Assembly: GCF_001194135.2 (NCBI RefSeq)
Contig: NC_068988.1
Location: 27,074,327-27,129,516 of the forward strand
DNA from: Octopus bimaculoides
Taxonomy: Eukaryota
DNA: 55,190 nucleotides
Direction of reading: 5' to 3'
Part shown: positions 24,290 through 37,359 of the stretch, one piece after another
Position numbering within the stretch: the stretch's first letter is position 1
Layout: each line of letters starts with the position of its first letter
Notes under the pieces: generated by a model
The model's database searches: none
The model's input: the letters and a program-made list of their open reading frames with translations, nothing else
What the model was told of the DNA's origin: nothing
Position numbers and translations under genes: made by a program

Positions 24290-24655
24290 GGTACAGCTAT
24301 GGTTGTGTAGCTAAGAAGCTTGCTTTGTAACCAGGGTTCCGTCCCACTGCGCAGCACCTTGAGTAGGTGTTTTCTACAATAACCTCGGGCCAACGACTGT
24401 CTTGTGAGTAAATTTGGTAGACAGAAACGTTGTGGAACCCCGTTGTATATGTAGATGTGTATGTGTATTTGTGTTTGTCTTCCTTCCCGTCGTTTGATAA
24501 CTGGTGTTGGTTTGTTTATGCCCTTGTAACTTTGCAGAAAAAAGTGAATGAAACTTTAAAATATAACGACTGCGGTCGATTTATTTTACTAAACCCGTCG
24601 ATGTGGTGCCCCAACGTAGCCGGGCTCCAAAGACTGAAAGATTAGAACTTTAATT
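24290..24655 (+). mobile_element. SINE family B, near full length
   Basis: Head CTATGGTTGTGTAGCTAAGAAGCTTGC, core GCACCTTGAGTAGGTGTTTCTACAATAACCTCGGGCC, 3' end CAAAGACTGAAAG. Confidence 0.85.
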
Positions 24656-25034
24656 AAAACATTATACTCATTAAAATAGTAAATTACTATTTGTAAATCT
24701 CTCAACTTGAGACATTCAGTAACAGTACTCCAGACGATGTTTCCTGGGGTTAAATAAGAGTAACATTCGTCCTAACCAAGACTGCCACGTTATGTTGGCA
24801 AATAATCTTTACATTATACTCATTCCTATTCCCAAAGGCTCATATACTGTCAATCCAATACTAGTGCAAAGTATTCGACATGTGTGACTGGCCAACTAAC
24901 AGAGAAGTGCTGTGCTACGTTAGATATGCTTATCGTAGGTTTAAACGTGGCGCACAAAACAGTTGTTGCAACCATAACAATAACCAGAGTCCATTCACTA
25001 CACATTTACTCGTTCACTCGGTCATTAAGTGATA

Positions 25035-26115
25035 CATGCGTACGTGTGTGTGCGTGTGTATGTGTGTGCGTGCGTGTGTGAGTGAGTGTGTGAGTGTGTG
25101 TGTATGTCTGTGTGAGTGTGTGTGTGTGTGTGTGTGAGAGAGTGTGTGTGTGTGAGTGTGTGTGAGTGNNNNNNNNNNNNNNNNNNNNNNNNNNNNNNNN
25201 NNNNNNNNNNNNNNNNNNNNNNNNNNNNNNNNNNNNNNNNNNNNNNNNNNNNNNNNNNNNNNNNNNNNNNNNNNNNNNNNNNNNNNNNNNNNNNNNNNNN
25301 NNNNNNNNNNNNNNNNNNNNNNNNNNNNNNNNNNNNNNNNNNNNNNNNNNNNNNNNNNNNNNNNNNNNNNNNNNNNNNNNNNNNNNNNNNNNNNNNNNNN
25401 NNNNNNNNNNNNNNNNNNNNNNNNNNNNNNNNNNNNNNNNNNNNNNNNNNNNNNNNNNNNNNNNNNNNNNNNNNNNNNNNNNNNNNNNNNNNNNNNNNNN
25501 NNNNNNNNNNNNNNNNNNNNNNNNNNNNNNNNNNNNNNNNNNNNNNNNNNNNNNNNNNNNNNNNNNNNNNNNNNNNNNNNNNNNNNNNNNNNNNNNNNNN
25601 NNNNNNNNNNNNNNNNNNNNNNNNNNNNNNNNNNNNNNNNNNNNNNNNNNNNNNNNNNNNNNNNNNNNNNNNNNNNNNNNNNNNNNNNNNNNNNNNNNNN
25701 NNNNNNNNNNNNNNNNNNNNNNNNNNNNNNNNNNNNNNNNNNNNNNNNNNNNNNNNNNNNNNNNNNNNNNNNNNNNNNNNNNNNNNNNNNNNNNNNNNNN
25801 NNNNNNNNNNNNNNNNNNNNNNNNNNNNNNNNNNNNNNCGTGTGTGTGCGTGTGTATGTGTGTGCGTGCGTGTGTGAGTGAGTGTGTGAGTGTGTGTGTG
25901 TAGGTCTGTGTGAGTGTGTGTGTGTGTGTGAGAGAGAATGTGTGTGTGTGAGTGTGAGTGAGTGTGTGTGTACGTGTGTGTACGTGTGTGTACGTGTGTG
26001 TGCGTGTGTGAGTGTGTGTGTGTGTCTATGTATGTATGCATGTATGCATGTGTATGTGTGTGTGTCTATGTATGTATGCATGTGTGTGTGTCTATGCGTG
26101 TGAGTGCGTGTGTGT
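25035..26115. repeat. complex (TG)n/(GAGT) microsatellite spanning a 670-N gap
   Basis: Directly visible; the two flanks of the gap are near-duplicates of each other. Confidence 0.9.
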
Positions 26116-26194
26116 ATGTAAAATAAAATATTCTGTCATTGAACTGCTGCGCCTGATCAACCCTTTACTTAAGACTGATACGTAATCTAGCGAT

Positions 26195-26335
26195 CTCTTT
26201 ACAGGGACACAAACAAAACCAACACCGGTTGTCAAGCGACGGAAGGGACAAACACTGGCACAAAGACAAACATACATAGATACAGATATATATATATAGA
26301 GAGCGGGTTTCCACACAGTTTCCACCAACCAATGC
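26195..26335 (-). mobile_element. SINE family B internal fragment
   Basis: ACACCGGTTGTCAAGCG...GGGTTTCCACACAGTTTCC. Confidence 0.75.
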
Positions 26336-26689
26336 CTTTCGCTGAGAGGAGATAAGGTCAGACGACTATTGTACTGATGACAGCTATGGAGCCTAAAACA
26401 CGCTTCAGCATTTTTCTTCTTATCTACAAACAATACGTCTGCCATAGTGGCATGTGATCTTTGAAGAATTTGTGATTGTTACGATTATCTCCCCTTCACA
26501 TATGGAGCTGATCTTACTTGCCATTTAGTATTATGATACATCGTCTGGAGGCGGAGGTAACATTAATAAATCAAAAATATATGTTGCATACATTTAATAT
26601 TCGTGTATTTGTCTCTCTTGTTCAAATATATGCCACTGGCCACTCCGAATTACTTTTAGTGGCTCATATTTGCTTAGAAATATAGAAAT

Positions 26690-26727
26690 ATGTATGTGTG
26701 TATCTAAAACATAACTTTATATATGTG

Positions 26728-26786
<59 letters not shown>

Positions 26787-26915
26787 GTAGATATATATAT
26801 ATGTGTGTATGTATATATATATATGTATGTTTATGTATATATATATATATATATATGTATGTCCATATATATATATATATATATATATAATCTATAAAAG
26901 ATATGTATGTGCATA
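26690..26915. repeat. (TA)n-rich compound microsatellite
   Basis: Directly visible. Confidence 0.95.
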
Positions 26916-28494
26916 TATAATATTTCATTGATTTATCCCACGTCAGCACGTTTAAATAAATTATGTTCAATATTCTGTTATTTTAGAATTCTAGATTTTA
27001 CTTCATTTTTTATATATTTATCAATATTAAGTGAAATCTACTTTAGAAATGTCAACTTCTGCCTGTGTTTGTCAGTTCATATTTTCTATTTAGTATTATT
27101 AAAAGTTTGCAATGATTACAATATTATGCTGTTTTATAAAGTTTATACATACATCTAACCGTTAATGTTACTTGTAGTGAGTTATACTTTTGCTGACACG
27201 AATTTGTATTTATAAATTTTATATCAAGAATGTTTGAGTACAATGGCGTCATTCGTTAAATAGATCTCAAATCTGTTCGTATTTCATTTCACTGTATTTT
27301 CATTGGTGCAATTCGGTTGCAATAAATAATACATGATATTTTGTTTTATTTTTTTGTTTCCGATGTGTGTGTCCTTAAATGTCTACATCCTTCGTCGATA
27401 TGCGGTGTGTTTTCGCAAATACATACATGCGCGCGTGTGGGTATGTATGTATATATATCCATTCGTACATATATAAAGCCATACATTCAAACATATATTT
27501 AAAGTAAATGGACTTACGTAAAGCTAAGCAGCACAATTTTAGTTCATCCGAGATATTAATTACTAAGAGAGCTTAATTAATTACAAGTAGCCGGTGTTAT
27601 AACTTTGCGTCTATGCGAATTTAGTTAACTGGTGTTTAACAGGTAGACTGATCCTCAGATATGTAACACATAGAAAATATGGAATATTTGTCACAAATCA
27701 ACTTGCGAGACATATTTCAGTGACTATTCGTCACGTCAGCAGTTGTTCGGTGAAGAAAGGAATTTGTTTAACGATATAAATATAGTAACAGTTGATATCA
27801 TGAATATTTAATATATAAATTGATCAAACAGAAAGCGATAGCTCTATATAGCACTGAAAATTCGTAACTGTCTAGACAGCTAGAGAAAACTACCTTTAAA
27901 GTTATCTGATGGGTTAATATATGATAAATATATATCAGACACTATATAGTAGATAGATAGGTATGGACTTTAGGCAGTACAATCTTAGGTCATCTTAGCG
28001 TGATACTTAATCACTGAGGGTACACGATGACACAACAGGTAGTCGATGATGTATATAGAAGGCAGAAATATTGAGGAAGCCTTCTATGCTGACTTCATCT
28101 ACCAAATTTCCCCCCACAAGGCAATTAATCAAAACGTGACTATAGTAGAAGACACTTGCCCTTGTTTCTTTGCATCGAGGTTGATCAATAAACCCCTACG
28201 CCCTATCTTAACCATTTTTAGAAAGGGATTTTTATTTATAGGCATGATAGCAGCTCCGTTTCTTGTTCCTCATCCGGTTAATGTCGGATGTGATATAAAA
28301 AGATTTTCTTGTCTATTAACTTTTTCCTTGCAAAATATATTTTGTTTAAGCATTGTCTCTTGTATTCTCTAACATGTATGCGTTTCACAAAAATAGATTA
28401 TGTCGCGACGTTGGCATGTACTTCTGTTTTACATTGGAATATATTTCGCTCAAAAATAATTATAAAGAGTTTATTTTAATTAATATCTCACCAT

Positions 28495-28790
28495 AAGTGC
28501 AGGCATGGCAAAGTTGATGAGAGAAGCATGGATGGCCCTGTGGTTATGAGGTGCTCGTGTGGCTGTGTGATAACCTATTCACTTCGCAATCTCGTGGGTT
28601 TGGGTTTTATCCCACTGCGCAAGTACATTCTAAGGTTGGCCAATATCTGGAATTTGGGATTTGGTAAACAGAAACCCTACAGAAAATTGTCATGTAAGTT
28701 CATATGTGTATATCTGTGTCTGCGTTTGTGTTTATATGTTAACACAACACCAACAGTTAAAAAACTGGCTTTGCAGCAAAAAAAAAGGTA
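28495..28790 (+). mobile_element. degraded SINE family B
   Basis: GGCTGTGTGATAACCTATTCACTTCGCAATCTCGTGGGTTTGGG..CCCACTGCGC and GGATTTGGTAAACAGAAAC. Confidence 0.7.
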
Positions 28791-28802
28791 ACTTATTCTC
28801 TA

Positions 28803-29160
28803 CGTAATCATCCATCATCCAGGTGTCCCTCTATCAACAGGTAGGCTTACCAAAATTTTCCAATTCCCATGATGCGCTGCATGCATACACTCATCCAGGC
28901 TCTTGTTTACATTCCATTCTAGGATATCAACTGTCTACAAACGTCTTTGACGATGTTTTGCTCTTTTCCCTTTCCACACTCACTGTCAGGATAGTCTTGA
29001 AAAAATGACGCGAGACCCATTTATGACCAAAATTCGATAACTTTGTGAACTTCATTTTCTCGAGAATTGATGTCTTTGAACTTTCAGATTTTCTAGTACT
29101 GCAGCGTTTGTTACCATGTCTTTCCAGTTTATCCTGCACAATATAAGCATGGGGATTGGG
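28803..29160 (-). mobile_element. RTE-clade LINE 3' end (same family as 19175-19500)
   Basis: Minus strand CRINWKDMVTNAAVLENLKV, LSNFGH and ILTVSVERE; shares the 3' terminus with 19175-19500. Confidence 0.7.
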
Positions 29161-29499
29161 AAATAATTTTTAATTGTGGAGTTGCGGTGTGTGTTTTTAT
29201 TGCTTGTTTGTGTTTGATCTCGCCTTTCGTTAATGATAAATATACTAAAGTTAGAATGGTACTGAATATTTTGTTTATTTCTGTATCGTAATATGAAGGA
29301 CACTAGTCCGTTCTTCAACAGTTTTTGTACTAGGTTTGTAACTAGCACCTTCTTCAATACTTCTCTAATTTTGGAGAAATTAACTCTGAGTAGTTTCCCT
29401 CCCCACAATGCTTCACACAGTGTAACGTAGCCGATTCTGAAAGAGAGGAAAATACGGAGGGAGAAAGAGAGAGAGAGAAGAATTAACTTCAACTATTTA

Positions 29500-29640
29500 G
29501 TTGGGATTTAACTACCGACCCTAAAATGACGAAAGGTAGAGCTTAACCTCAGTGTAATTTGAATTCAGAGTGCAAAGAACTGAAACAAACAGCTAGGAAT
29601 TTTATCCGATGCTCTAACAAAACTGCTCATTCGCCCATTT
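29500..29640 (-). mobile_element. degraded SINE family A
   Basis: CCGACCCTAAAATGACGAAAGGTAGAGCTTAACCTCAGTGTAATTTGAATTCAGA. Confidence 0.65.
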
Positions 29641-30389
29641 CATTGAATATTGCTAAATTTAATTCATCGATAGATTTTTTTTTAATTATTCTCCATATTT
29701 TTTTTATTTTTTAGTTTCATCATACTATATATCTGGGTTGTTTGTTTTGGAGAATGACTTCTCTTATTTTATTTTACTTATTTCCTCTTAAATCCATAAA
29801 TAGCTTGTCTATGATTTAGTTAGTGTAGTTATTATTGAATAGGCTTTGTTTATTAGTGTAATACCTTGTGGTACAGAGCGATACTAGACGATGTATTAGA
29901 TGCACTTTCGAAGACTTAATAACATGTATCTTTTGTTTATCTGAGAATTCTGCTACGTGTTCAATCAAGTTTGTTTTTGTTTTATTGTGTAGTGAAGAGG
30001 TGTAGTTATTATCATAAACTAATATATAAATGACTAATAAAGTATTGAGCGTGATTAGGTCGACCGCATTCCTTCTAAAAAATTACGTGACCTTGTGCGA
30101 AAATAATATAAAGAATCAATACTTTTATTTGTTGATGTATTTGATCACAACTACGACTGAACATAAAAAAATAACAATAAAACATTTGTATCAACAAAAG
30201 AAAAACTCTATTTACAATTGATTCCACTTTATTTATTTGTTTCCTTTTGTCTTTTTAATCAACTTAAATACTTCTTCGTATTTAACTATGTAGTATCTTG
30301 TTGCTATATATCATGATGATCTACATCGTTATTTATATTGTTTATCTACTTGAGAGAAACGTTGAGTGATTAAAACATTCTCAAGTTGT

Positions 30390-30505
30390 TGTTATGGCTA
30401 TTGTTGTTGTTACTCTTGTTACCGTTGATGTTGTCTTTGTTGTTGTTGTTGTGCTTATCGTCGTTGTCGTCGTCGGTGTTGTTGTTGTTGTTGTTGTCGT
30501 TGTTT
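30390..30505. repeat. degenerate (GTT)n/(GTC)n tract
   Basis: Directly visible. Confidence 0.9.
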
Positions 30506-30569
30506 AACACTAGGCTAGCCATGGTTTAACAGAACTATGATGAGACTTATGAATAGAACTATGATCTCA

Positions 30570-30835
30570 GAGTATCGAAAGTACAACATCCGTTGGACCG
30601 AACGTTTCGCAAGGTTCTCAGACAACAGGTGAACCCGCGCGGCTGCCGACTGATATCCAAGAGATCGGGAAAGGTCAATTAGAAGGCCTTCACAACAATG
30701 GGAAGACGACTTTGTTGAGCAATTCGGGTCAAGAAAGAAAAGAATAGTGCATTCAAGATACAATTTGAAACGCATTATGACCCGGGTTATAGCAGCATCT
30801 GATGGTTTGGTTGATACTGTGATACTGTGATGATC
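30570..30835 (+). mobile_element. RTE-clade LINE 3' end (same family as 20935-21390)
   Basis: EYRKYNIRWTERFARFSDNR*TRAAAD*YPRDRERSIRRPSQQWEDDF; tail GATACTGTGATACTGTG. Confidence 0.8.
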
Positions 30836-31034
30836 AAAGGCGTACAAGCTGTAACCCTCCTGTTTTTAATTCATCATAACGTATCTCGAAAATCGTTATT
30901 CAATGTTTCCTTTAACGGTAGGTTAATATATATTATGGTGATCTAGCTGATATTTCTAGCTGGTAGAGATTCTCTTGTTGGATCGTCATTCCTTGGTAAA
31001 GTTATTTGTTAACGACTTCATTTTTGTAATTCGT

Positions 31035-31385
31035 AGGCATAGCTGTGTGTTAAGAAGTTAGCTTCGCATCCACATGGTTTCTGGTTCAACCCACAGCGTG
31101 GCACTTTGGTTAAGTGTATTCTACAACAGGACCGAGCCGGCCATCTTGTGGATAGATTTGGTAAAATGAAACTGAAAGGAGCCCCTCGTGTATGTGTGTA
31201 TAAGTGTTTATGTTTATCCCTCTACCGTTTGACAACCGACCTGGTTCGTTTACACCCCATTAAGTCAGCGGTTCGGCAAAAAACACCGATAGAATAAGTA
31301 CCAGAATTATGTTTTTTAATGGGTACTGAACTCGACTAAAACCCATAATGGCTGCAGTTACATGACTGAAACAATTAAAAGATAA
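31035..31385 (+). mobile_element. SINE family B, near full length
   Basis: GGCATAGCTGTGTGTTAAGAAGTTAGC...GGCACTTTGG...AGCGGTTCGGCAAAA...GACTGAAACAATTAAAAGA. Confidence 0.85.
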
Positions 31386-31447
31386 AGAAAAGGTTGACAT
31401 ATAAAACTTTGTTTACCAATATTATATACATTCTCAGACTAAGGGGT

Positions 31448-31672
31448 TGAGCTAGCAGAACGGTTAGAATGCTGGATAAAATGCTTAGCGGTATTTCATC
31501 CGTCTTTATATTCTGAGTTCAAATTCCGTCGAGGTCAACTTTGCCTTTCATTCTTTATGGGGTTGATAAAATAAGTACCAGTCGAACATTAGGGTCGGCG
31601 TAATCGATTAGACCCCCTCCTCACAGAAACTTCTGGCGTTGTGCCTACAGCAGAAAGGATTATAAATTCCCT
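31448..31672 (+). mobile_element. SINE family A
   Basis: Full consensus with the tail variant GTGCCTACAGCAGAAAGGATTAT. Confidence 0.9.
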
Positions 31673-32599
31673 CAATGTCTACTGTTTCTCGAACCATTCT
31701 TTCTATTCGAACCATTCTTCCTGCTCCTTCTTTATTGTTTAGTTTTAGAATTTCTATTCATTAAAACCTTCGGCATCCAGCTCATCCGTCTCAAAAACAT
31801 TACAAAGATAACGGAAATGTCCTTTGCCACTTCTCATAAAATGTTGCTTTTTTTTTAAGACATTCTTTTGGCAGGAATTCCATAAAATAAGTATCAACCG
31901 TTGACTGGAGATGATTCAGTTAAGTAAAACCACCTTCTCAAAACTGTAGACATCATGACAAATCTTTATTCTTCATGTTGTTGTTGTAGCATTGTAATAA
32001 CTTGCTCTCAATCATTTGAAACAATTTCCCGTGTCTGGAAAACTAATAAGCATCTACACCAAAAAAGTGGCGAACTCTGTGCTCATTCTATGGGATTATT
32101 GAAAAGAAATCATATCCATATCGAATATCAAATATTGATCTTACCATTTTTCTCTCATTTATTTTGTCCAATATTCATTGTTAAGTTATAAAGAAAAATA
32201 ATTCAAATAAAGGGCTTTTACACAAATTCACCAAACTTCATAGTCTACTGTCGAAATAGGATGTAAGTAAGAAAATAATAGACATCAATAATTTAGTTGT
32301 TCCAACAACATACTATAAGCAACGTGAATAAACTGAACTGGTCAATGTGAATAAATTGAACACACACAGACATATATTTAAAGTAAAACAATAACGATAA
32401 TATTTAAATCAAGTCTGATAAGAAAATATTTAATATGAGTCTGGGAAGCAGGGATCTTTATCTCGAAAAATGTAATTCTGTTATTGAATTACCAAAATAT
32501 CTAATGTAAATGATAAAGAAGATAAATTGACTCAAAGAAGAAGAAAACAAAGATAAAACAAAAATTAGTTTTCTATTTTCATTGCAGCAAGCTGATTTG

Positions 32600-33200
32600 A
32601 AGTAGAGACCGTAAAGCAAACATTAGTGAGATTATCTTCGAGGACGTGTTATGAAATTCTTGTATAACACATTAAAGAAGCAAAATATAAACTCTATACT
32701 AAAATGGAATGGAAATTATCTGTATAGCCAAAAGCCACAAGCAATGTAGCAGATTGTTAATTGACAATCGTAAAACGTAACACTGATTCAAAATGGGAAT
32801 GAATATTTAAATGTTGTTATTTCTAAAAATGCCCGTCTAAAACAAACTGCTCTCGACTTAAGGAAACGTCCGGATCCAATGAAAAGTGATGGTTTACGAA
32901 GGCAGAAGTTAATCTCTAGAAGAATTCGTAAGAGATCTAAACAAGTTCAATTGCTATGAGAATTGATTAATATTGAGAAAATTGGAGAATATTCAAAGGA
33001 TTGAAGAATATTTTAAAACTCTTTGTTTGATATCGAAAAAGTCAATGAAAGTAATGTTGTCTCTTGTTACGTGGACATTTACTTATAAGTGGCCCAAATG
33101 ACAACACCACTTATTCTATTTCCTCACTCTCAGACAAAAGCAAAGCCGGAAATAGCAGATAGTTCTTCTCGGTTATGGATAATATTGAACTCTCCTATGA
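32600..33200 (+). mobile_element. possible very old RTE-like RT fragment
   Basis: IEKIGEYSKD*RIF*NSLFDIEKV weakly resembles IEKCREY...FIDxEKAFD; otherwise heavily decayed. Confidence 0.3.
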
Positions 33201-33294
33201 ACTCCCATCTTTAATTTTTGAGACCACTTTAAGGATCTTCAGAAAACAAAAAATATTTGCTCTAGTATCTTAAAAGTATAGGATAACATTACAA

Positions 33295-33622
33295 TAACCT
33301 CGGCAGAATTTCAACTCAGAATTTGAAGAAAGATGAAATGCCGCTAAGCGTTTTTTCCGACTTATTAACGATGCTACAGTTTGGAAACGGAGGATTTACT
33401 CAACAGAATCTTCTTCAGTCAACGACTGATACTGATTTAATGGAACTTCTGCAAAAAGTATGCTTTTAAAATTATCTTTAAATTATTTTGTGGGAGGTGA
33501 TAAAGGTAGTTACATTAGGCCATAGTAGAATACACTTGCCCATGGTAGGTATACATCTGGATTGAATCCGAAATCACATAATTGCAAAGCGAGTTTCTTA
33601 ACCATCAGCCATGCCTGCGCCT
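33295..33622 (-). mobile_element. SINE family A fragment (33295-33380) and SINE family B fragment (33520-33622)
   Basis: AACCTCGGCAGAATTTCAACTCAGAA; ATAGTAGAATACACTTGCCC...CTTAACCATCAGCCATGCCTGCGCC. Confidence 0.75.
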
Positions 33623-35174
33623 TGTTAAAGTTTCATAATGCTCTCTGATACTGGCTAACTTATCTTTTGGTGATGTGAAGTTTTACAAGGTCCATTTGTT
33701 TTGTGCTTCACATTAAACTTAAAATATGTATTCCTCTTTTAACCTTGGGTCGAATAATAAAGTTTTTTTCATTTGTTTTCATTTCGTTTTTCTCTTACTC
33801 TTTGTGATAGACAAATGTTATGTCTGCTTCTAGTTTGACTCATGCATCGATGGTGTCAGTTATACGTAGTGGCGATTTACAGACAAGATGGACATTTGCA
33901 ATATATTATTTATATGGAGAGACATAAACCAATAAAAATTCTCAAAGTTAATGCGTTACTTACACAGTTATCTTTCAACAGATCATATTTTTTTATTTAT
34001 TTGATTCGTGGTTATTTGATCGACGTTAATGGATATTTTACACAGATCTGAAGTAGTGTTCTCTCATAATCATGATCAACAGTCAGTCTCTGGTGCTCTT
34101 ATTGTTACTGTTATTATTACTATCGCCGTTGTTGTTGTTGTGACTGGCGTATATTTAGTTGTTATGTCTAGTTTATAATCATTAAATTGTCGAACATTAG
34201 AAATTTTTCTGCAAATGGAAATCAAACTCTGGATATGCTTCTCGTTTTCAATAGCTTCTTTCTCATTTTGTTAATGCTCTTGTGGCTAATGTAAACCCCA
34301 CCACAACGACTCGCCTTCTATGTCTATGAACATGACTTTGTAAACTAAAGTGGTTTTGATAAACAATACAAGTGTCAGATCCAAGGATTTTAATGTTAAA
34401 TATCACAATAGCAGAACTAATGAAATAATAATACAACGCGTTAGAACTCAAGTACTCTCTCTTAGCACACAGTAGGTTTTAAATCTTTTAAAAGCATCTC
34501 ATTCTAGCGTATTTGCTTTAAAACACACACATACTTCACATACTTATACACTCACACCCACACGGACACATACTTACTCACACACACGCACACTGATAGA
34601 GTGATATACAAATATATCTACACGATCAAAAAAATATGCAAATCGATATTTACCTAAGAGCATATCTTGCTACGTGCGTGAGTGTGTGTGCCTGTGAGTG
34701 TGTGTGCCTGTGAGTGTGTGTGCCTGTGTGTGTGTATACATATATATAAATGTATGTATATGCATATANNNNNNNNNNNNNNNNNNNNNNNNNNNNNNNN
34801 NNNNNNNNNNNNNNNNNNNNNNNNNNNNNNNNNNNNNNNNNNNNNNNNNNNNNNNNNNNNNNNNNNNNNNNNNNNNNNNNNNNNNNNNNNNNNNNNNNNN
34901 NNNNNNNNNNNNNNNNNNNNNNNNNNNNNNNNNNNNNNNNNNNNNNNNNNNNNNNNNNNNNNNNNNNNNNNNNNNNNNNNNNNNNNNNNNNNNNNNNNNN
35001 NNNNNNNNNNNNNNNNNNNNNNNNNNNNNNNNNNNNNNNNNNNNNNNNNNNNNNNNNNNNNNNNNNNNNNNNNNNNNNNNNNNNNNNNNNNNNNNNNNNN
35101 NNNNNNNNNNNNNNNNNNNNNNNTATATATATAAATTTTTATATATATGCACATATACATATTATGATATTATG

Positions 35175-35221
<47 letters not shown>

Positions 35222-36099
35222 GTATCTAGGTATGTATGTATATGTGGGGTGGGGAGAACATTATAGATAAGAATAATTAAGTCATTGCTATACTAAATTG
35301 GCAAGAGTTTTACTAAAGCTATCTAAATTACTGACGGGGATAATTTTGAAATATAATCCACCTTTTAGATACTTATATCTTAAGTAGCACTCAGACCAAT
35401 GTGTCATAAATTAGGTTTACTGTACAAAGATTATTCTCTTCCAGAATTGCAGGTATTACTACCATTTAAAGAGTTTAGTATATATCAAGAGATATATTAT
35501 AAATATATTCTAATTCAGAGTCTGTTAAATACAACAGTAACAGTCGACAGAAATAACGAAATACAAAACTGAGAATATAGACAGAAATAGTCTAAAATAT
35601 ATGTGGGTTGTTGCTGCGATGAAGTACATAAATATAAACATACAAACCTTACAGATATAAGGTTATGTACATGAATATTTCAGAGTATACATTCATATTA
35701 TGTGCACTATTTGTGCATGTTTATGTATACCAATATGCATATATGTATGTAATTAAGTATGTTTTAATCATGATAGGTGATTATAATTTGTAAAATAAGA
35801 TATGAAAACTTCTATCTCGATGCGCAAGCATGATTTACTGGTTGTACAATGCTAATAGTTTATCGACTAAGAAATCTTTATTTGGTTCAGTTCCTATGTA
35901 GTATTAGAATACGCTGCTGATACTGCCCTAAATTTATATATTTTCTGAACTGTTTACGCTATAACTAGTCCCATAAGGTTTCTTGCAGATATTCAAAAGA
36001 TACCAAATTATTTTGATTTGTTACGCGTGTTAAGCTAAATTAGTACTCTCGGAGGCTATGTATTAATAACAATGCTTGGTCAGTGAATGATCCTATTAA

Positions 36100-36560
36100 A
36101 TTTGAATGTGGAACGTAGAGGAATAGATACGTTGAATATCTCTAGTGAAAATGTTTGGGGATTTATAATCAAGAGAAAAGATTCTCAATAAATCTTGCAG
36201 TATTATGTTTATTCATAGGAACATGGTGATTCACTGTTGCTATTTATAGATTTTCACTGACAACATAGATGAAGAGAGGATTGAATTGTACCGGAAAGTA
36301 ATCCATACGTTATTTTCATTGAACACACGAGGTTTTTATTAGATGCAATTATTCAGCTGAGAACAAAAAGTATTATCGTAGTAAATGATCTAGACTTACT
36401 TGATCATGTAGTATGATGACTCTTTGTCCTAGTGTAAGTTTCAGAAATCACGGGGAGATAACGCTATACTCCCCTTTATCGTAAGGAATCTGATGTACGG
36501 ACTTTTTTTTAACGTTTCTTTAGAGAGATTACTGCCGATGAAAGACGTTCAGTTTGATAA
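36100..36560 (+). mobile_element. possible ancient RTE endonuclease-domain relic
   Basis: Peptides VERRGIDTLNIS, IFTDNIDEERIELY, KSIIVVNDLD and ERLL occur in the order of RTE endonuclease motifs (IDIL.ISE, YAPT...EEIE.FY, II.GDFN, GERL); similarity is weak. Confidence 0.35.
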
Positions 36561-36574
36561 CCTATTTGAGTGTT

Positions 36575-36780
36575 GCAATATCTAGAAACGAGTGCGTGGT
36601 TAAGAAATTCGCTTTACTACCACAAAGTTTCGAGTTCCGTCCCATAGCGCGGCACTTTGAGAAAGTGTCTCCTACTATAGCATAGCGTAGCACCTTCCGC
36701 AAGTGTTTCCTACTATTGCCCAGGGGCCGTCCAATGGCTTCTGAGTGAATTTGATTAACAGAAAATGTGTGGAAACACGT
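36575..36780 (+). mobile_element. SINE family B 5' part with an internal duplication of its core
   Basis: GCACTTTGAGAAAGTGTCCTCTACTATAG followed by GCACCTTCCGCAAGTGTTTCCTACTATTG, i.e. the core twice. Confidence 0.8.
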
Positions 36781-36781
36781 C

Positions 36782-36819
<38 letters not shown>

Positions 36820-36897
36820 NNNNNNNNNNCATATGTTTGTGTATAAATATATGTATATATACATGTGTGTGTATAAATATATGTATATGCATACACA

Positions 36898-36953
<56 letters not shown>

Positions 36954-37359
36954 CATATTTTAAACAAGAGTGAGCTGAGAACAATAGCTCGCATGCCTCT
37001 TCTTTTTCTTCCTTAAATTGTAGCATGGAGAATGGCTATGAGCAGAGACTCGTGTTGAACTGCACCAAAAGATGTTTGTTGTCTACCAGCATCTTTGGCG
37101 ATTTTCTGCCTAGTAAAGCTATTTGTCTTACTGTGTACGACGATGCGTAGCAACTATATGAGCCACGTGCTCACGAAAACATGCATTCTATGTTCCATGC
37201 CAATATTTGTCTATTTATAAGCGAAGTCTCTTATAAAATAATTTTTTTGTTCTAATTTATTTTTTGTTCATAAACATGAACAAACTGATTCTACAACAGA
37301 GAATCTTTGTTATTGAAAAATACTACAAATATGGCAATGCACAAAGAGTCCGTGAATGA

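Noticed and set aside
24722-24770. Minus-strand GAAAC-ATC-GTC hammerhead 3' half
   Set aside because: No CUGANGA or stem II upstream.
27000-27450. U-rich stretch with AATAAA resembling a 3' UTR
   Set aside because: No upstream terminal exon was found, and AATAAA is frequent in DNA this AT-rich.
27518-27523. 6-nt microexon-like pattern on the minus strand (GCTGCTTAG|CTTTAC|GTAAGT)
   Set aside because: Isolated and on the opposite strand to the other candidates. It shows that such patterns arise by chance, which is why exon confidences are kept moderate.
28046-28372. 108-aa ORF on +
   Set aside because: Includes a SINE B fragment (TIVEDTCP); no recognisable domain or splice support.
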